NCBI GenBank assembly: GCA_016778675.1
Contig: JADHPA010000001.1
Span: forward strand, 1-59,621
Direction of reading: 5' to 3'
From: Candidatus Pelagibacter sp.
GTDB taxonomy: Bacteria; Pseudomonadota; Alphaproteobacteria; Pelagibacterales; Pelagibacteraceae
DNA: 59,621 nt
In this document: positions 1-10,335 of the stretch, piece after piece
How positions within the stretch are numbered: position 1 is the first letter of the stretch
Layout: every line of letters starts with the position of its first letter
Notes under the pieces: generated by a model
The model's database searches: none
Seen by the model: only the letters and a program-made list of their open reading frames with translations
Told to the model about the DNA's origin: nothing
Program-made: the position numbers and the translations under genes

Positions 1-483
1 TTGTGCTTCAAATAAATCTTGATCAGGTTCTTTAAATATTGCACTTGAATAAGTTAACGATTTATCTAGCCATAAAGAAAAGAAATCATTACCAAGGTCA
101 TAATGCCTTGCAATATTCTCTTTACTTCTGGTTTTAGTATTTTTTATAAACTTTCTCTTTATATAATTAATAATAGTTAAATCTAGAATCCCTGAAAACT
201 TGTAAATGATACCTATGTTACGAGCAGTTAATTCAATTAAATCTGAAAGGTTATTTGTTGTAAAAAGTCCTTTCATATAAGATTCGCCCAATCCCACGCT
301 TCCACTCTTAATCAGGTTATAAATGAAACTTTCATCTTTAATTTCTAATAAAACTTTTAAAATTTCATTTGGATCACCAAACTTTAGGACTTCGCCATTC
401 ATTTTTATAACTTCAAGATGTCCGTGCTTAATATTTTTCAATAAGCTAAATACAATTAAATCTGACAGTTTATAAATGAGCAT
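1..483 (-). CDS. cfa: SAM-dependent fatty acyl methyltransferase, cyclopropane-fatty-acyl-phospholipid synthase family (Cfa/UfaM-like); 3' end runs off the window
   Basis: Not in the ORF track. Manual translation from ATG at 483-481 gives MLIYKLSDLIVFSLLKNIKHGHLEV...GLGESYMKG...HYDLGNDFFSLWLDKSLTYSSAIF, the Cfa signature. Its start overlaps the upstream stop (TAATG). Confidence 0.9.
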   Translation of the reverse strand, partial: MLIYKLSDLIVFSLLKNIKHGHLEVIKMNGEVLKFGDPNEILKVLLEIKDESFIYNLIKSGSVGLGESYMKGLFTTNNLSDLIELTARNIGIIYKFSGILDLTIINYIKRKFIKNTKTRSKENIARHYDLGNDFFSLWLDKSLTYSSAIFKEPDQDLFEAQ

Positions 484-1250
484 TAATTTTCTATTGTAAT
501 ATTATTTTTAATTTTAATTTTTTTTTGAATAAACTTTATCTTTTTTATCCACAATTTAAATGCCTCAAAATGTATCGCCACGATAACTTTAAATGTCATT
601 AATGGGTGCTTTAAGTAAGACTTGATTAAAGATGCATTATTTAATTCACTTTTAATCCCATCTTGAGATGCATAGAGAATTTTACCCTCTGGGTCTTGTA
701 CATCAATTATTACTGAAATTTTATTTCCAGGTTTTAATATTCTAAAAAAATAAACACAATTCATATTTATAAAAGGTGAAACATGAAATTTCTTTTTACA
801 AATTTGCTGTACTAAATTTTCATTTTTATTAACTTTAAAGATATAAACGTGTTGTTCACCAAATGTATTTTTAACTTCATGCATGATTGATATAAGATTT
901 GATTTATTATCATATATATAAAAGACACTTAATGGATTAAAAACATAACCGAATATTCTTGGATAACATAAAAGTTTAATTTGTACGTCTTCATACTCTT
1001 GATTATTTTTTTTTAGATTATCTTTAACCCAATTTTCAACTGGGCTACCATCTCTTGGTCCATGGTCTACATCAAAAAAACTAACGATATTGAATTTATT
1101 ATATGAAAATATTTTTAAATTTTTTTGTAATGTATCTAACTCAGCAAGATCAATTAGTAATGAAAATACTTTATATTTAAAACTATGAATGGTTGGCTTG
1201 AATCTTTTGTGTATTACAGATCCTGTATAAATATATGAGTTTTTAATCAT
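483..1250 (-). CDS. DUF1365 family protein (UfaO-like)
   Basis: Motifs HKRFKP.HSF.Y, YPRIFGYVFNPLSVFY, EVKNTFGEQH and KKFHVSPF are typical of DUF1365. It lies between an FAD oxidoreductase and cfa. Confidence 0.88.
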   Translation of the reverse strand: MIKNSYIYTGSVIHKRFKPTIHSFKYKVFSLLIDLAELDTLQKNLKIFSYNKFNIVSFFDVDHGPRDGSPVENWVKDNLKKNNQEYEDVQIKLLCYPRIFGYVFNPLSVFYIYDNKSNLISIMHEVKNTFGEQHVYIFKVNKNENLVQQICKKKFHVSPFINMNCVYFFRILKPGNKISVIIDVQDPEGKILYASQDGIKSELNNASLIKSYLKHPLMTFKVIVAIHFEAFKLWIKKIKFIQKKIKIKNNITIEN

Positions 1251-2487
1251 TAAGTTTTTTTAGCATTTCAATAGAAGATTTTATTCCATCTTCATGAAAA
1301 CCATAGCCAAAATAACTTCCACAAAACAATATATTTTCTTTATTTTGAATTTTATGCAGTTCACCTTGATTTAGTAATGCCTCTGCATCGTAATAGGGAT
1401 GAGTAAACGATACCTTTTTAAAGATTTTTTCAACAGGTATTTCCTTAAATGGATTTAAGGTTAAAAAAATATTTCTATCAATCTCTAGGTTTTGCAACTG
1501 ATTTAACCAATAGGTAACTGACGTCTTTTCAATATTATTTGGATCCATTGAAGAGTTCCATGAACACCAAGCTTTCTTATTTTTTGGCATAACACTCTCA
1601 TCAAAATGAATAACAGCAATATTACTTTTATATTTAAAATTTTTTAAAATTAATTCCTCTTCTGGTGTTGGACTATCTATAATATTTAATACTTCATCTG
1701 CATGAGTTGCAATTACAACTTTGTCATAATCAAAGAATTCATTTTCTTCACCATAAAAAACTTTAACACCTGTACTTTGTCTAGTTATTTTATTAATGTT
1801 ATAATTTTTGTAATGTTGACCACTAATTTGTGAAATTATTTTATCAACATATGTTTTGCTCCGATTTGCAACCGTATACCATTGTGGTCTATTTTTTATT
1901 TTAAACAATCCATGATTTTTAAAAAAACTTAAAAAGAACGTCAGAGGCATTTGTGAGGCTTCATAGGGAGGCATTGACCAAATTGCTGAAACCATAGGAA
2001 TAATATGATAATTTACAAAATAATCTGAAATTTTTATTTCTTTAAGATAATTTCCTAGTGTTGTGGATTGTATTTTTGCAATATCCAATTTTTCACAGTT
2101 TTTATAAAAGCTAAGAATTTCAAAAAACATTTTGATAAATCTTAAATTAATTAAATTTTGTTTATTTGAAAAAATTCCTTTTAACCCTTTGCCACAGTAT
2201 TCAATATTAGTGCCCTCAACAGTAACAGAAAATGACATATCACTTTTTTCTATTGCAATTTTATTTTCAGAAAAAAAATTGATTAGATTTGGGTAGGTAT
2301 TTTTGTTAAATACCATAAATCCAATATCTACAGCTATTTCTTTGTTTTGTCTGTAATTAACTTTTATTGTATTTGCGTGACCACCAAACTGATTTTCTTT
2401 TTCAAATAAATCAACTTTATGTTTTTTAGATAAATAATATGCTGCACTTAAACCTGATATGCCAGCTCCAACTACAGCAATATTCAT
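1243..2487 (-). CDS. FAD-dependent oxidoreductase, amine-oxidase family (UfaD-like desaturase)
   Basis: N-terminal GAGISG Rossmann motif, GGHANT, VDIGFMVFN..TYPN and C-terminal GYGFHEDG. Confidence 0.88.
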   Translation of the reverse strand: MNIAVVGAGISGLSAAYYLSKKHKVDLFEKENQFGGHANTIKVNYRQNKEIAVDIGFMVFNKNTYPNLINFFSENKIAIEKSDMSFSVTVEGTNIEYCGKGLKGIFSNKQNLINLRFIKMFFEILSFYKNCEKLDIAKIQSTTLGNYLKEIKISDYFVNYHIIPMVSAIWSMPPYEASQMPLTFFLSFFKNHGLFKIKNRPQWYTVANRSKTYVDKIISQISGQHYKNYNINKITRQSTGVKVFYGEENEFFDYDKVVIATHADEVLNIIDSPTPEEELILKNFKYKSNIAVIHFDESVMPKNKKAWCSWNSSMDPNNIEKTSVTYWLNQLQNLEIDRNIFLTLNPFKEIPVEKIFKKVSFTHPYYDAEALLNQGELHKIQNKENILFCGSYFGYGFHEDGIKSSIEMLKKLND

Positions 2488-2502
2488 TTTATGATATTTT
2501 TA

Positions 2503-5361
2503 TTATGCTGCTGTCTCTTCGTATTCATCCATTGAAGGACATGTACAAAATAAGTTTTTATCTCCATAAACATTATCTACTCTAGCAACTGGAGGCCAAA
2601 ACTTAAATGATCTTAAAAATTCAGAAGGATAAGCTGCCTCTTCTCTTTCATATTTATGATCCCATGTATTTGAAGCTAATTCAACGTGCGTATGTGGCGC
2701 ATTCTTTAACGGATTATCCAATTTATCAAAAGCACCTGATTTTATCTTATCTATTTCTTGTTTAATCTTAATCAAAGTATCGCAAAACCTATCAATCTCC
2801 TCTAAGCTTTCACTTTCTGTGGGCTCAATCATCATCGTTCCTGCAACAGGCCAAGACATAGTAGGTGCATGAAAACCATAATCTATTAATCGTTTTGCAA
2901 TGTCTTCCTCTGTTATTCCTGTTTCAGTTTTTATTTGCCTGATATCAATAATACATTCATGTGCAACGTTGCCATTTTTGCCTTTGTATAAAATAGGAAA
3001 AGAGCTGTTTAATTTATAGGCAATGTAATTAGCATTTAAAATTGCAACTTCTGATGCCTTTCTCAAACCTTCCGATCCCATCATCTTCATGTACATCCAA
3101 GATATGGAAAGAATGCTTGAACTACCCCAGGGAGCTGCAGAAATTGCACCTACACCTGTTGCTGGTCCACAATCTTTTACAACTGAATGGTTGGGCAGAA
3201 ATTTTTCTAAATGTTTTTTACAGGCGATTGGTCCCATTCCAGGTCCACCTCCACCATGAGGTATACAAAAAGTTTTATGTAAATTTATATGACAAACATC
3301 AGGCCCAAATTTGCCAGGCTTTGCTATTCCAACAAGTGCATTTAGATTAGCACCATCCATATAAACTTGTCCACCGTTACTATGTACAAGTTCACAAATA
3401 TCTACTATCTTTTCTTCAAAGACACCATGTGTCGAAGGATAAGTAACCATCAATGCTGCTAGATTATCTTTATGTTTTTCAACTTTATTTTTTAAATCTT
3501 CAAAATCTACATTTCCATGACTATCACAACTGACAACTACAACTTTCATGCCAACCATTTGTGCACTAGCAGGGTTTGTTCCATGTGCTGAACTTGGAAT
3601 TAAGCATATGTTTCTATTATGATCTCCATTGTTTTCATGAAATTTTCTAATCACCATAAGTCCTGCAAACTCTCCTTGAGCTCCAGCATTAGGTTGTAAA
3701 GATACACCTGAAAACCCAGTTATTGAACGTAGCCAATTTTTTAAATCAGTAAATAATGTTCTATACCCTTCCATCTGCTCTAAAGGTGCAAATGGATGTG
3801 GTTCTGAAAATTCTCTCCAAGTAACTGGAATCATTTCAGCAACTGCATTTAATTTCATTGTACATGATCCAAGAGCAATCATTGATCTGTTCAATGCTAT
3901 ATCAGAATCTTCTAATCTTTTAAGATATCTCAACATATCTGTTTCAGAATGATAACTATTAAACACTTTGTGTTGTAAAAATTTAGAAGTTCTTAATAAG
4001 TTTTTAGGAATATTAGTTAAACTTTCATTCATCTCTTCTTTGATAGTTTCTGAACAATTAAAAACTTTAAGCAATTGATTAGCACGATAAACATTTTTCT
4101 TTTCATCAAATGAAACTGCTAACATTTGAGAGTTTACTTTTCTTATGTTAATATTTTCTCTTAATGCATTGTTATAAATAATGTCAGTTTTATCTAAAGT
4201 TTTGATAGTAACTGTATCAAAGAAATGTTCTGAGTATAATTCATAGCCTGTCTGCTTTAGCTTATCTGAAAAGTTTTTTGTTAATTGAGAAGTGTTGTTA
4301 GCAATTTTAAGAATTCCCTCTGGCCCATGATAAACTGCATAGGCTGCAGACACTATTGCTAGTAAAGCTTGAGCTGTACAAATATTACTTGTTGCTTTGT
4401 CTCTTCTTATATGTTGTTCACGAGTTTGTAGTGCAAGTCTGTATGCTTTTTTGCCATGACGATCTACCGATACCCCTATAATTCTTCCTGGCATTGATCT
4501 TTTATACTCATCTTTTGTTGCAAAAAATGCTGCATGGGGTCCACCATAACCCATTGGAATTCCAAAACGTTGTGAGCTTCCAACTGCTATATCCGCACCA
4601 AGTTCAGCAGGTGTTTTTAGTTTGGCTAACGAAAGTAAATCACAAATTAAAACTGCCTTACCTTTACTCTTATGAATTTGACTGATCGCTTCACTTGGAT
4701 CTTTAATATCACCTAAAGTTCCAGGGTATTGAATAATACCACAAACAATTTCACCTTTGATATCTTTATATTCATCTCCAACAATAACCTCTAAACCCAT
4801 AGGTTCAGCTCTTGTTTTAATAACATCGACAGTTTGAGGCTGACAATCTTTTGATACAAATACTTTATTACTTTCATTTTTACTAACTCTGTAACTTAGT
4901 CCGACAGCTTCAGCTGCCGCAGTACCTTCATCAAGTAAAGAGGCGTTAGCTATATCCATTCCTGTAAAATCAATAATCATTTGTTGGAAATTTAAAAGCA
5001 TTTCCAATCTACCTTGGGCTACTTCAGGTTGATATGGAGTATAAGATGTATACCAGCCTGGATTTTCTAAAATATTTCTAAGAATTACATGTGGAGTAAA
5101 AGTTCCATAATACCCCATACCTATAAAGTTTGAATTAATTATATTTTTTTTTGAAATTTCTTTCAGTTTTCTTAAAGCTTCATATTCTGAATTAGGCTCA
5201 CCAATTTCAAGACTTTCTTTAAGTAAGATTTTTTCTGGAACTGTTTTGTTTATTAGTTCGTCCAAATTTTTAAATCCTAATTCTTTGAGCATAAAATTTT
5301 GCTCAGTATCAGATGGTCCAATATGTCTTTTGATAAAATCTTTTTGTGAAGCTTTAAGCAT
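2503..5361 (-). CDS. gcvP: Glycine dehydrogenase (decarboxylating), glycine cleavage P protein
   Basis: YTPYQPEVAQGRLE, TREQHIRRDKATSNICTAQ and PLP-lysine motif NLHKTFCIPHGGGGPG; 952 aa. Confidence 0.98.
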   Translation of the reverse strand: MLKASQKDFIKRHIGPSDTEQNFMLKELGFKNLDELINKTVPEKILLKESLEIGEPNSEYEALRKLKEISKKNIINSNFIGMGYYGTFTPHVILRNILENPGWYTSYTPYQPEVAQGRLEMLLNFQQMIIDFTGMDIANASLLDEGTAAAEAVGLSYRVSKNESNKVFVSKDCQPQTVDVIKTRAEPMGLEVIVGDEYKDIKGEIVCGIIQYPGTLGDIKDPSEAISQIHKSKGKAVLICDLLSLAKLKTPAELGADIAVGSSQRFGIPMGYGGPHAAFFATKDEYKRSMPGRIIGVSVDRHGKKAYRLALQTREQHIRRDKATSNICTAQALLAIVSAAYAVYHGPEGILKIANNTSQLTKNFSDKLKQTGYELYSEHFFDTVTIKTLDKTDIIYNNALRENINIRKVNSQMLAVSFDEKKNVYRANQLLKVFNCSETIKEEMNESLTNIPKNLLRTSKFLQHKVFNSYHSETDMLRYLKRLEDSDIALNRSMIALGSCTMKLNAVAEMIPVTWREFSEPHPFAPLEQMEGYRTLFTDLKNWLRSITGFSGVSLQPNAGAQGEFAGLMVIRKFHENNGDHNRNICLIPSSAHGTNPASAQMVGMKVVVVSCDSHGNVDFEDLKNKVEKHKDNLAALMVTYPSTHGVFEEKIVDICELVHSNGGQVYMDGANLNALVGIAKPGKFGPDVCHINLHKTFCIPHGGGGPGMGPIACKKHLEKFLPNHSVVKDCGPATGVGAISAAPWGSSSILSISWMYMKMMGSEGLRKASEVAILNANYIAYKLNSSFPILYKGKNGNVAHECIIDIRQIKTETGITEEDIAKRLIDYGFHAPTMSWPVAGTMMIEPTESESLEEIDRFCDTLIKIKQEIDKIKSGAFDKLDNPLKNAPHTHVELASNTWDHKYEREEAAYPSEFLRSFKFWPPVARVDNVYGDKNLFCTCPSMDEYEETAA

Positions 5362-5363
5362 TT

Positions 5364-5744
5364 TTAATTACCACTTTCTTTTGCAAATTTATCGTATTCC
5401 TCTTTATTCATTAGAGTATCCAACTCTGCCTTATCTTTAATTTTAAGCTTAAAAAACCAAGCTTCATTTTCCGGATCACTATTTATTTTACCCGGGTCAT
5501 CAACAATTGCTTGATTGTTTTCAACTACTTCTCCAGAAACTGGGGTATAAACATCACTTGCAGCTTTTGTAGATTCAACCACTCCCGCATTACCATCTTT
5601 TTCAACATTTGATCCTAATTCAGGAAGCTCAACAAAAACAATATCTCCCAACATTTCTGTTGCATGTTGTGTAATCCCTATTGTGGCTATATCACCATCC
5701 ATTTTAATCCATTCATGTTCTTTTGAAAATTTTACATCACTCAT
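5364..5744 (-). CDS. gcvH: Glycine cleavage H protein
   Basis: [16 protein letters not shown] and lipoyl-lysine motif VESTKAASD. Confidence 0.97.
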   Translation of the reverse strand: MSDVKFSKEHEWIKMDGDIATIGITQHATEMLGDIVFVELPELGSNVEKDGNAGVVESTKAASDVYTPVSGEVVENNQAIVDDPGKINSDPENEAWFFKLKIKDKAELDTLMNKEEYDKFAKESGN

Positions 5745-6847
5745 TAGTTTGCTCCTTTCACATAGCTTTTTTTATAAAATGGTAATTTACATATTTTAGC
5801 TGGGTATTTTTTACCTCTAACTTCTAATAAAATCTTTGTATCTAATTTAGCATACTCACTTTGCACATAACCAAGTGTAATTGGTTTTTGTATGCTTGGT
5901 CCAAAAGTTCCACTTGTTATTTCTCCTATAACTTCATTATTCTCATTAAACACTTTTGTTTTTTCTCGAGCTATAATTCTTTCTTCAGGAGCAATGCCTA
6001 CTCTTAATTTTTTAGTACCTGATTTTATCTGACTATCAATTTTATCAAACCCTCTGAAACCACCATTCTCTAACCTTTTTTTAGAGATTGCCCATTTAAG
6101 ATTTGCCTCAATTGGTGTTGTCTCTAGATCAATATCATGACCATATAAACAAAGACCTGCTTCCAATCTTAAGGTATCTCTTGCACCCAAACCTATTAAT
6201 TTTGCCCCTTTTACTATTAAATTTTTAACTAAATCCTCTACTTTGTTATTGCCTATTGAAATTTCAAAACCATCTTCACCTGTATATCCAGATCTTGTTA
6301 TATAAACTTTATCATCTGAGTAATTAAACCAATCACCATTCATAAAATTAAGATTATCAGGACCTGCAATGACTTCTTTTAAAATATTAGCAGCTTTTGG
6401 GCCCTGAATAGCAATGAGTGATAAATCAGAATTTAAAACCATTTCATATTTATTATTTAATAATTTTGCTATGATTTGATAATCTTCATTTTTGCAAGCT
6501 GCGTTCAAAATAATATTGTATCCTCCTTCTACTTTTGTGATAATCAAATCATCGTGAATAAAGGCTTCTTCATTCATTAAGAAACTATACTTGCTTTGAT
6601 TTAAGGAGATATTTTTTAAATCTAAGGGAAAAATTTTTTCTAAATCTGCAGTTAATTCTTCACCACCTTTAATAAAAAGTTGTCCCATGTGAGAAACATC
6701 AAATAATCCTGCATCTGATCTTGTGTATTTATGTTCTTCTACAATGCCTTCAGGATATTGTATCGGCATTTCATAGCCTGCAAATGGAACAAACTTTGCT
6801 CCATGCTTTTGATGTAAATTGTAAAGTTTAGTTTTTATATTTTCCAT
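5744..6847 (-). CDS. gcvT: Glycine cleavage T protein (aminomethyltransferase)
   Basis: [30 protein letters not shown] and [13 protein letters not shown]. Start moved from 6865 to ATG 6847 because 6865 lies in the riboswitch stem. Confidence 0.96.
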   Translation of the reverse strand: MENIKTKLYNLHQKHGAKFVPFAGYEMPIQYPEGIVEEHKYTRSDAGLFDVSHMGQLFIKGGEELTADLEKIFPLDLKNISLNQSKYSFLMNEEAFIHDDLIITKVEGGYNIILNAACKNEDYQIIAKLLNNKYEMVLNSDLSLIAIQGPKAANILKEVIAGPDNLNFMNGDWFNYSDDKVYITRSGYTGEDGFEISIGNNKVEDLVKNLIVKGAKLIGLGARDTLRLEAGLCLYGHDIDLETTPIEANLKWAISKKRLENGGFRGFDKIDSQIKSGTKKLRVGIAPEERIIAREKTKVFNENNEVIGEITSGTFGPSIQKPITLGYVQSEYAKLDTKILLEVRGKKYPAKICKLPFYKKSYVKGAN

Positions 6848-6861
6848 ATTAACTTTTATAC

Positions 6862-7005
6862 CCATCTGTATGTTTGCCTGAGAGTTTTGCTCCTTCGGCG
6901 AGAACTAAATCTCTTTCCAGAGTTAATATGGTACGGTCCTTTTTGCCTGAGAGATTCCTGGGTGGTTGCTCCTTCGGCGCTACGTAGTGTAGTCTCTCCC
7001 GTATG
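6862..7005 (-). ncRNA. Tandem glycine riboswitch (two aptamers)
   Basis: Minus strand reads GGAGAGAC..CGCCGAAGGAGCAA..CTCTCAGGCAAAAAGGACCG, then CTCTGGAAAGAG..CGCCGAAGGAGCAAAACTCTCAGGCAAACATACAGA. These are two copies of the glycine aptamer core, directly upstream of gcvT. Confidence 0.95.
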
Positions 7006-7028
7006 TTGTGATAATCTATGAGTTGATG

Positions 7029-7913
7029 TTAAGAGTCAACTTCTAATTTTTTTTTACTTGGAAAAAGCAATGCATAAAATTGCAGTAATACTGCAAAAAG
7101 AATAATACTGCCTCCAATTAATGTAAATAATGATGATCTTTCACCGGCAAATAAAAATGCCCATATAGGTCCTAAAACAGATTCGGATAACATTATAATA
7201 CCAACCATCGCAGAAGGAGTGCTTCGAGCACCCATAGTTATAAATATAAATCCAAATCCAACTTGAAAAAAACCTGCAGTAAATCCTAAAAAGATATCAT
7301 TAGAGGAAATCATAAGTTTGTCTGATAACAAATATCCAATAATACATGAACTTACACCCGCAATAAATTGTGCGGGTACCATATCGACATTGGGAAATTT
7401 TCTCACAATCATTATCAGAACAGCAAATGTAATAGGCATACTAAAAGCTGCTAAATTGCCAGACATTTCTCCTGGTGATAAAGAATTTCCAACCATTAAC
7501 AAAACTCCAGTGATCGCGAGGATAATTGATACTAATGTTAAAGATGTAATTGTTTCTTTTAAGAATAAGTATCCAAATATTGCTAGAAACAATATTTGTG
7601 TTGAAATGATAAAATTAGTGTTTGCAACAGTTGTATTATACATCGCAAAAACATATCCACAGAAACCCAAGGATAAAATAATTCCACCAAAAAACCCTGG
7701 TAATCCTGAGTCATAAAATGCCTTAAATAATTTTTGCTTATAAGTGATTACTAAAAACAACAAAATTGTTAATGAAAAAAATAATGACCGCCAAAATAAT
7801 ATTTGCCACAGAGTTGCACCCTCAAATGATTTAACAATCAAACCACCAAAGCTTAAGCAGCATGCACCCATAAAAACGAGTATTGGGCCAGGAATTTTGC
7901 TAATTATTTTCAT
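7029..7913 (-). CDS. DMT/EamA family transporter
   Basis: About 10 hydrophobic segments in two repeats; GYLFLKE and GPIWAFLFAGE are EamA-like. Confidence 0.85.
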   Translation of the reverse strand: MKIISKIPGPILVFMGACCLSFGGLIVKSFEGATLWQILFWRSLFFSLTILLFLVITYKQKLFKAFYDSGLPGFFGGIILSLGFCGYVFAMYNTTVANTNFIISTQILFLAIFGYLFLKETITSLTLVSIILAITGVLLMVGNSLSPGEMSGNLAAFSMPITFAVLIMIVRKFPNVDMVPAQFIAGVSSCIIGYLLSDKLMISSNDIFLGFTAGFFQVGFGFIFITMGARSTPSAMVGIIMLSESVLGPIWAFLFAGERSSLFTLIGGSIILFAVLLQFYALLFPSKKKLEVDS

Positions 7914-8853
7914 TTAAATATTTATTTGTATCAATCGTATATGCTTTAAATATATTCTGAGCTTCTGCAAGGCTTACTTCTTTAAATTTTATTTTAGATC
8001 CAGGTGTAAATTGACCAACTTGATCTAAATCTGCTGAAATAACAACTCCGATCTTTGGGTATCCTCCAATAGTTCCGTGATCAGAAAGCATTATAATTGG
8101 ATTTCCATCAGCTGGGACCTGGATTACTCCTCTTACAAGACCTTCTGATTTAATATTTGTGTTAACGATATTTTCTAACTTAGGTCCAGTCAATCTAATG
8201 CCCATTCGATCTGCATCTTTAGTTACTGAAAACTCATCATTAAAAAAACTATCTTGTGATTTTTTTGAAAAATAATTGAAATTAGTACCTTTAATTATTC
8301 TAATTAAATTATCAGAACTTTCATTATAATTTATTTTATTTTTTTTATTTAATACAAGATCTTGATTGTTAATTAGAATTTTATCTTGTAGTGAATATTT
8401 TTTACCATTGTTTGGACCAATATTTGCTTTTGTATTTATTGAATAACTATTCCAAATCTTTTGTAATTTAAAACCATTGCTAACTGATAAATATCCATAA
8501 GCAGTATTTTTGGTTGAGATTATATCTAATTGCTCTTCATCTTCTAAAGTATAACTTTCATAACAGTTGCCGTCTTCTATTGAACCATCTTTTTTAATAA
8601 TCTTAAAAATTACATCACCAGTGATACAAAAATTAATTGAACCATTTTTTAATTTTAAGAGAGGGCCTTGATAAGCAAACTCTATAACTGCTTCATTTAA
8701 AGAATTGTTTACAAGTTTATTACTTAAAACATAGTTTCTTTGATCAATTGCACCACTAATTGTAATGCCTAAGTGATACATGTGATTTCTTCCAATATCT
8801 TGGATTGTTGTATTAACTCCTGCTCTTAAAACTTCAAAATATGTATTACTCAT
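7900..8853 (-). CDS. pxpC: 5-oxoprolinase subunit C (allophanate hydrolase subunit 2 / KipA family)
   Basis: TTIQDIGR, GAIDQ, DRMGIRL and GVIQVPADGNPII..D..TIGGYPKIG. Confidence 0.88.
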   Translation of the reverse strand: MSNTYFEVLRAGVNTTIQDIGRNHMYHLGITISGAIDQRNYVLSNKLVNNSLNEAVIEFAYQGPLLKLKNGSINFCITGDVIFKIIKKDGSIEDGNCYESYTLEDEEQLDIISTKNTAYGYLSVSNGFKLQKIWNSYSINTKANIGPNNGKKYSLQDKILINNQDLVLNKKNKINYNESSDNLIRIIKGTNFNYFSKKSQDSFFNDEFSVTKDADRMGIRLTGPKLENIVNTNIKSEGLVRGVIQVPADGNPIIMLSDHGTIGGYPKIGVVISADLDQVGQFTPGSKIKFKEVSLAEAQNIFKAYTIDTNKYLNENN

Positions 8854-9532
8854 TCCAATTTAAATATTCTTCTTTAGATATTTGATAAAAACTAACTCTA
8901 TCTCCAGGTTTAATTAAAGCAGGTTCTTTTCTGTTTAAATTATCAAAAATTTTTTCAGGGGTATTGCCTATAATGTTCCATCCTCCAGGGCTTTCAAAAG
9001 TATAAATGTTTACAAACTGCTCGGTTATTCCAACCGAACCTTTTGGAACTTTTAATCTTGGTGTTTCTAAACGATTACATCTAATGTCCTTATTTATATC
9101 TCCTAAAAAAGGCATACCCGCAATAAATCCTGTCATATAACAAAAGTATTCTTTATTTAAACTTAAGTTTAAAATTTCTTCTTTCGAGAGTTTAGTTATT
9201 TTTAAAATTCTATTAAAATCTAGGCCAAATTCATCATCACAACAAATAGCAATCTTAATTTTTTTAAAGTTATCCTTGGTTTGATTTTTAACATCTAATG
9301 CTAAAATTTTTTCTTTAACTTCGTTAAATGTAGTTTGAGACAAATCAAAATTGATGATTAATTTATTATAGGAGGGGATAATATTATTTATTCCAGTAGT
9401 TTCATTTGTCTCAACTAACTTTGAGATTTCATTAAAATAACAAATTACATTTGAATTTATTTGTTCATTTACGTCTGATCCGAAATCACAATATACTGAT
9501 GCGTCACCAAGATTTGATATATTTTTGATCAT
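8846..9532 (-). CDS. pxpB: 5-oxoprolinase subunit B (allophanate hydrolase subunit 1 / KipI family)
   Basis: LGDAS, IIPSYNKL, GFIAGMPFLG, PRLKVPKGSVGI, SPGGWNIIG and GDRVSF. Confidence 0.88.
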   Translation of the reverse strand: MIKNISNLGDASVYCDFGSDVNEQINSNVICYFNEISKLVETNETTGINNIIPSYNKLIINFDLSQTTFNEVKEKILALDVKNQTKDNFKKIKIAICCDDEFGLDFNRILKITKLSKEEILNLSLNKEYFCYMTGFIAGMPFLGDINKDIRCNRLETPRLKVPKGSVGITEQFVNIYTFESPGGWNIIGNTPEKIFDNLNRKEPALIKPGDRVSFYQISKEEYLNWNE

Positions 9533-9559
9533 AGCATGTTATACTCTAAGGTATAGGTT

Positions 9560-10333
9560 ATGGAAATTAATATCAATTGTGACTTAGGCGAAAAATCAAA
9601 ATTTCATTCAATAGAAAATGATCCTGCTTTATTAGATATTGTTAATTCAGCAAATGTTGCTTGTGGTTATCATGCTGGAGATAATGATACAATGAGGATG
9701 GTTGTCCAAATTTCAAAAAAAAATGGAGTAAGTATTGGAGCCCATCCTTCATTTAATGATCCAGAAAATTTTGGAAGAAAAAGAATGAATTTAAATTCAT
9801 CTGAAATTTCAAAACTTATTATTGACCAATTTCAAACTCTAAATAAAATTGCTCAAGAGTATGGTGAAAAGGTTACTCATATAAAGCCACATGGTGCGTT
9901 AAATAATATGGCTTGTGAAGACTTAGAGCTTGCAACACTATTAGCAAAAACTATCTATCAAATTGATAAAGAAATAATCTATCTAGTGCCAACCGGATCT
10001 AAAATGGAAATAGCTGCAAAAAAACTTAATATGAAAATTGCATGTGAAATATTTGCAGATAGAAACTATGAAGATAATGGAAATTTAGTTTCTAGAAAAA
10101 AACCTCACGCTTTAATAATCAACCCAGAACAAGCAAAAAAACACGTATTAAGTATGGTAAAAAATCAGTCGCTTAATTGTCACAGTGGTAAGCAAATACC
10201 TTGTGAAATAGACTCTGTTTGCATACATGGGGATAATGAAAGTTCATTAGCTACTGCAAAATCAATTAAAAAAAATTTAATAGATAATGGACTTAAACTA
10301 AAACCACTTAACCTAATGAAAAAATTTATATAA
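9560..10333 (+). CDS. pxpA: 5-oxoprolinase subunit A (LamB/YcsF family)
   Basis: INCDLGE, SANVACGYHAGD, GAHPS..D..NFGR, HIKPHGALNN, FADRNY and CIHGDN. Confidence 0.93.
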   Translation: MEININCDLGEKSKFHSIENDPALLDIVNSANVACGYHAGDNDTMRMVVQISKKNGVSIGAHPSFNDPENFGRKRMNLNSSEISKLIIDQFQTLNKIAQEYGEKVTHIKPHGALNNMACEDLELATLLAKTIYQIDKEIIYLVPTGSKMEIAAKKLNMKIACEIFADRNYEDNGNLVSRKKPHALIINPEQAKKHVLSMVKNQSLNCHSGKQIPCEIDSVCIHGDNESSLATAKSIKKNLIDNGLKLKPLNLMKKFI

Positions 10334-10335
10334 TT

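Noticed and set aside
3042-5440. Plus-strand ORFs 3042-3350, 4494-4685 and 5246-5440
   Set aside because: Antisense shadows of gcvP/gcvH with no recognisable motifs.
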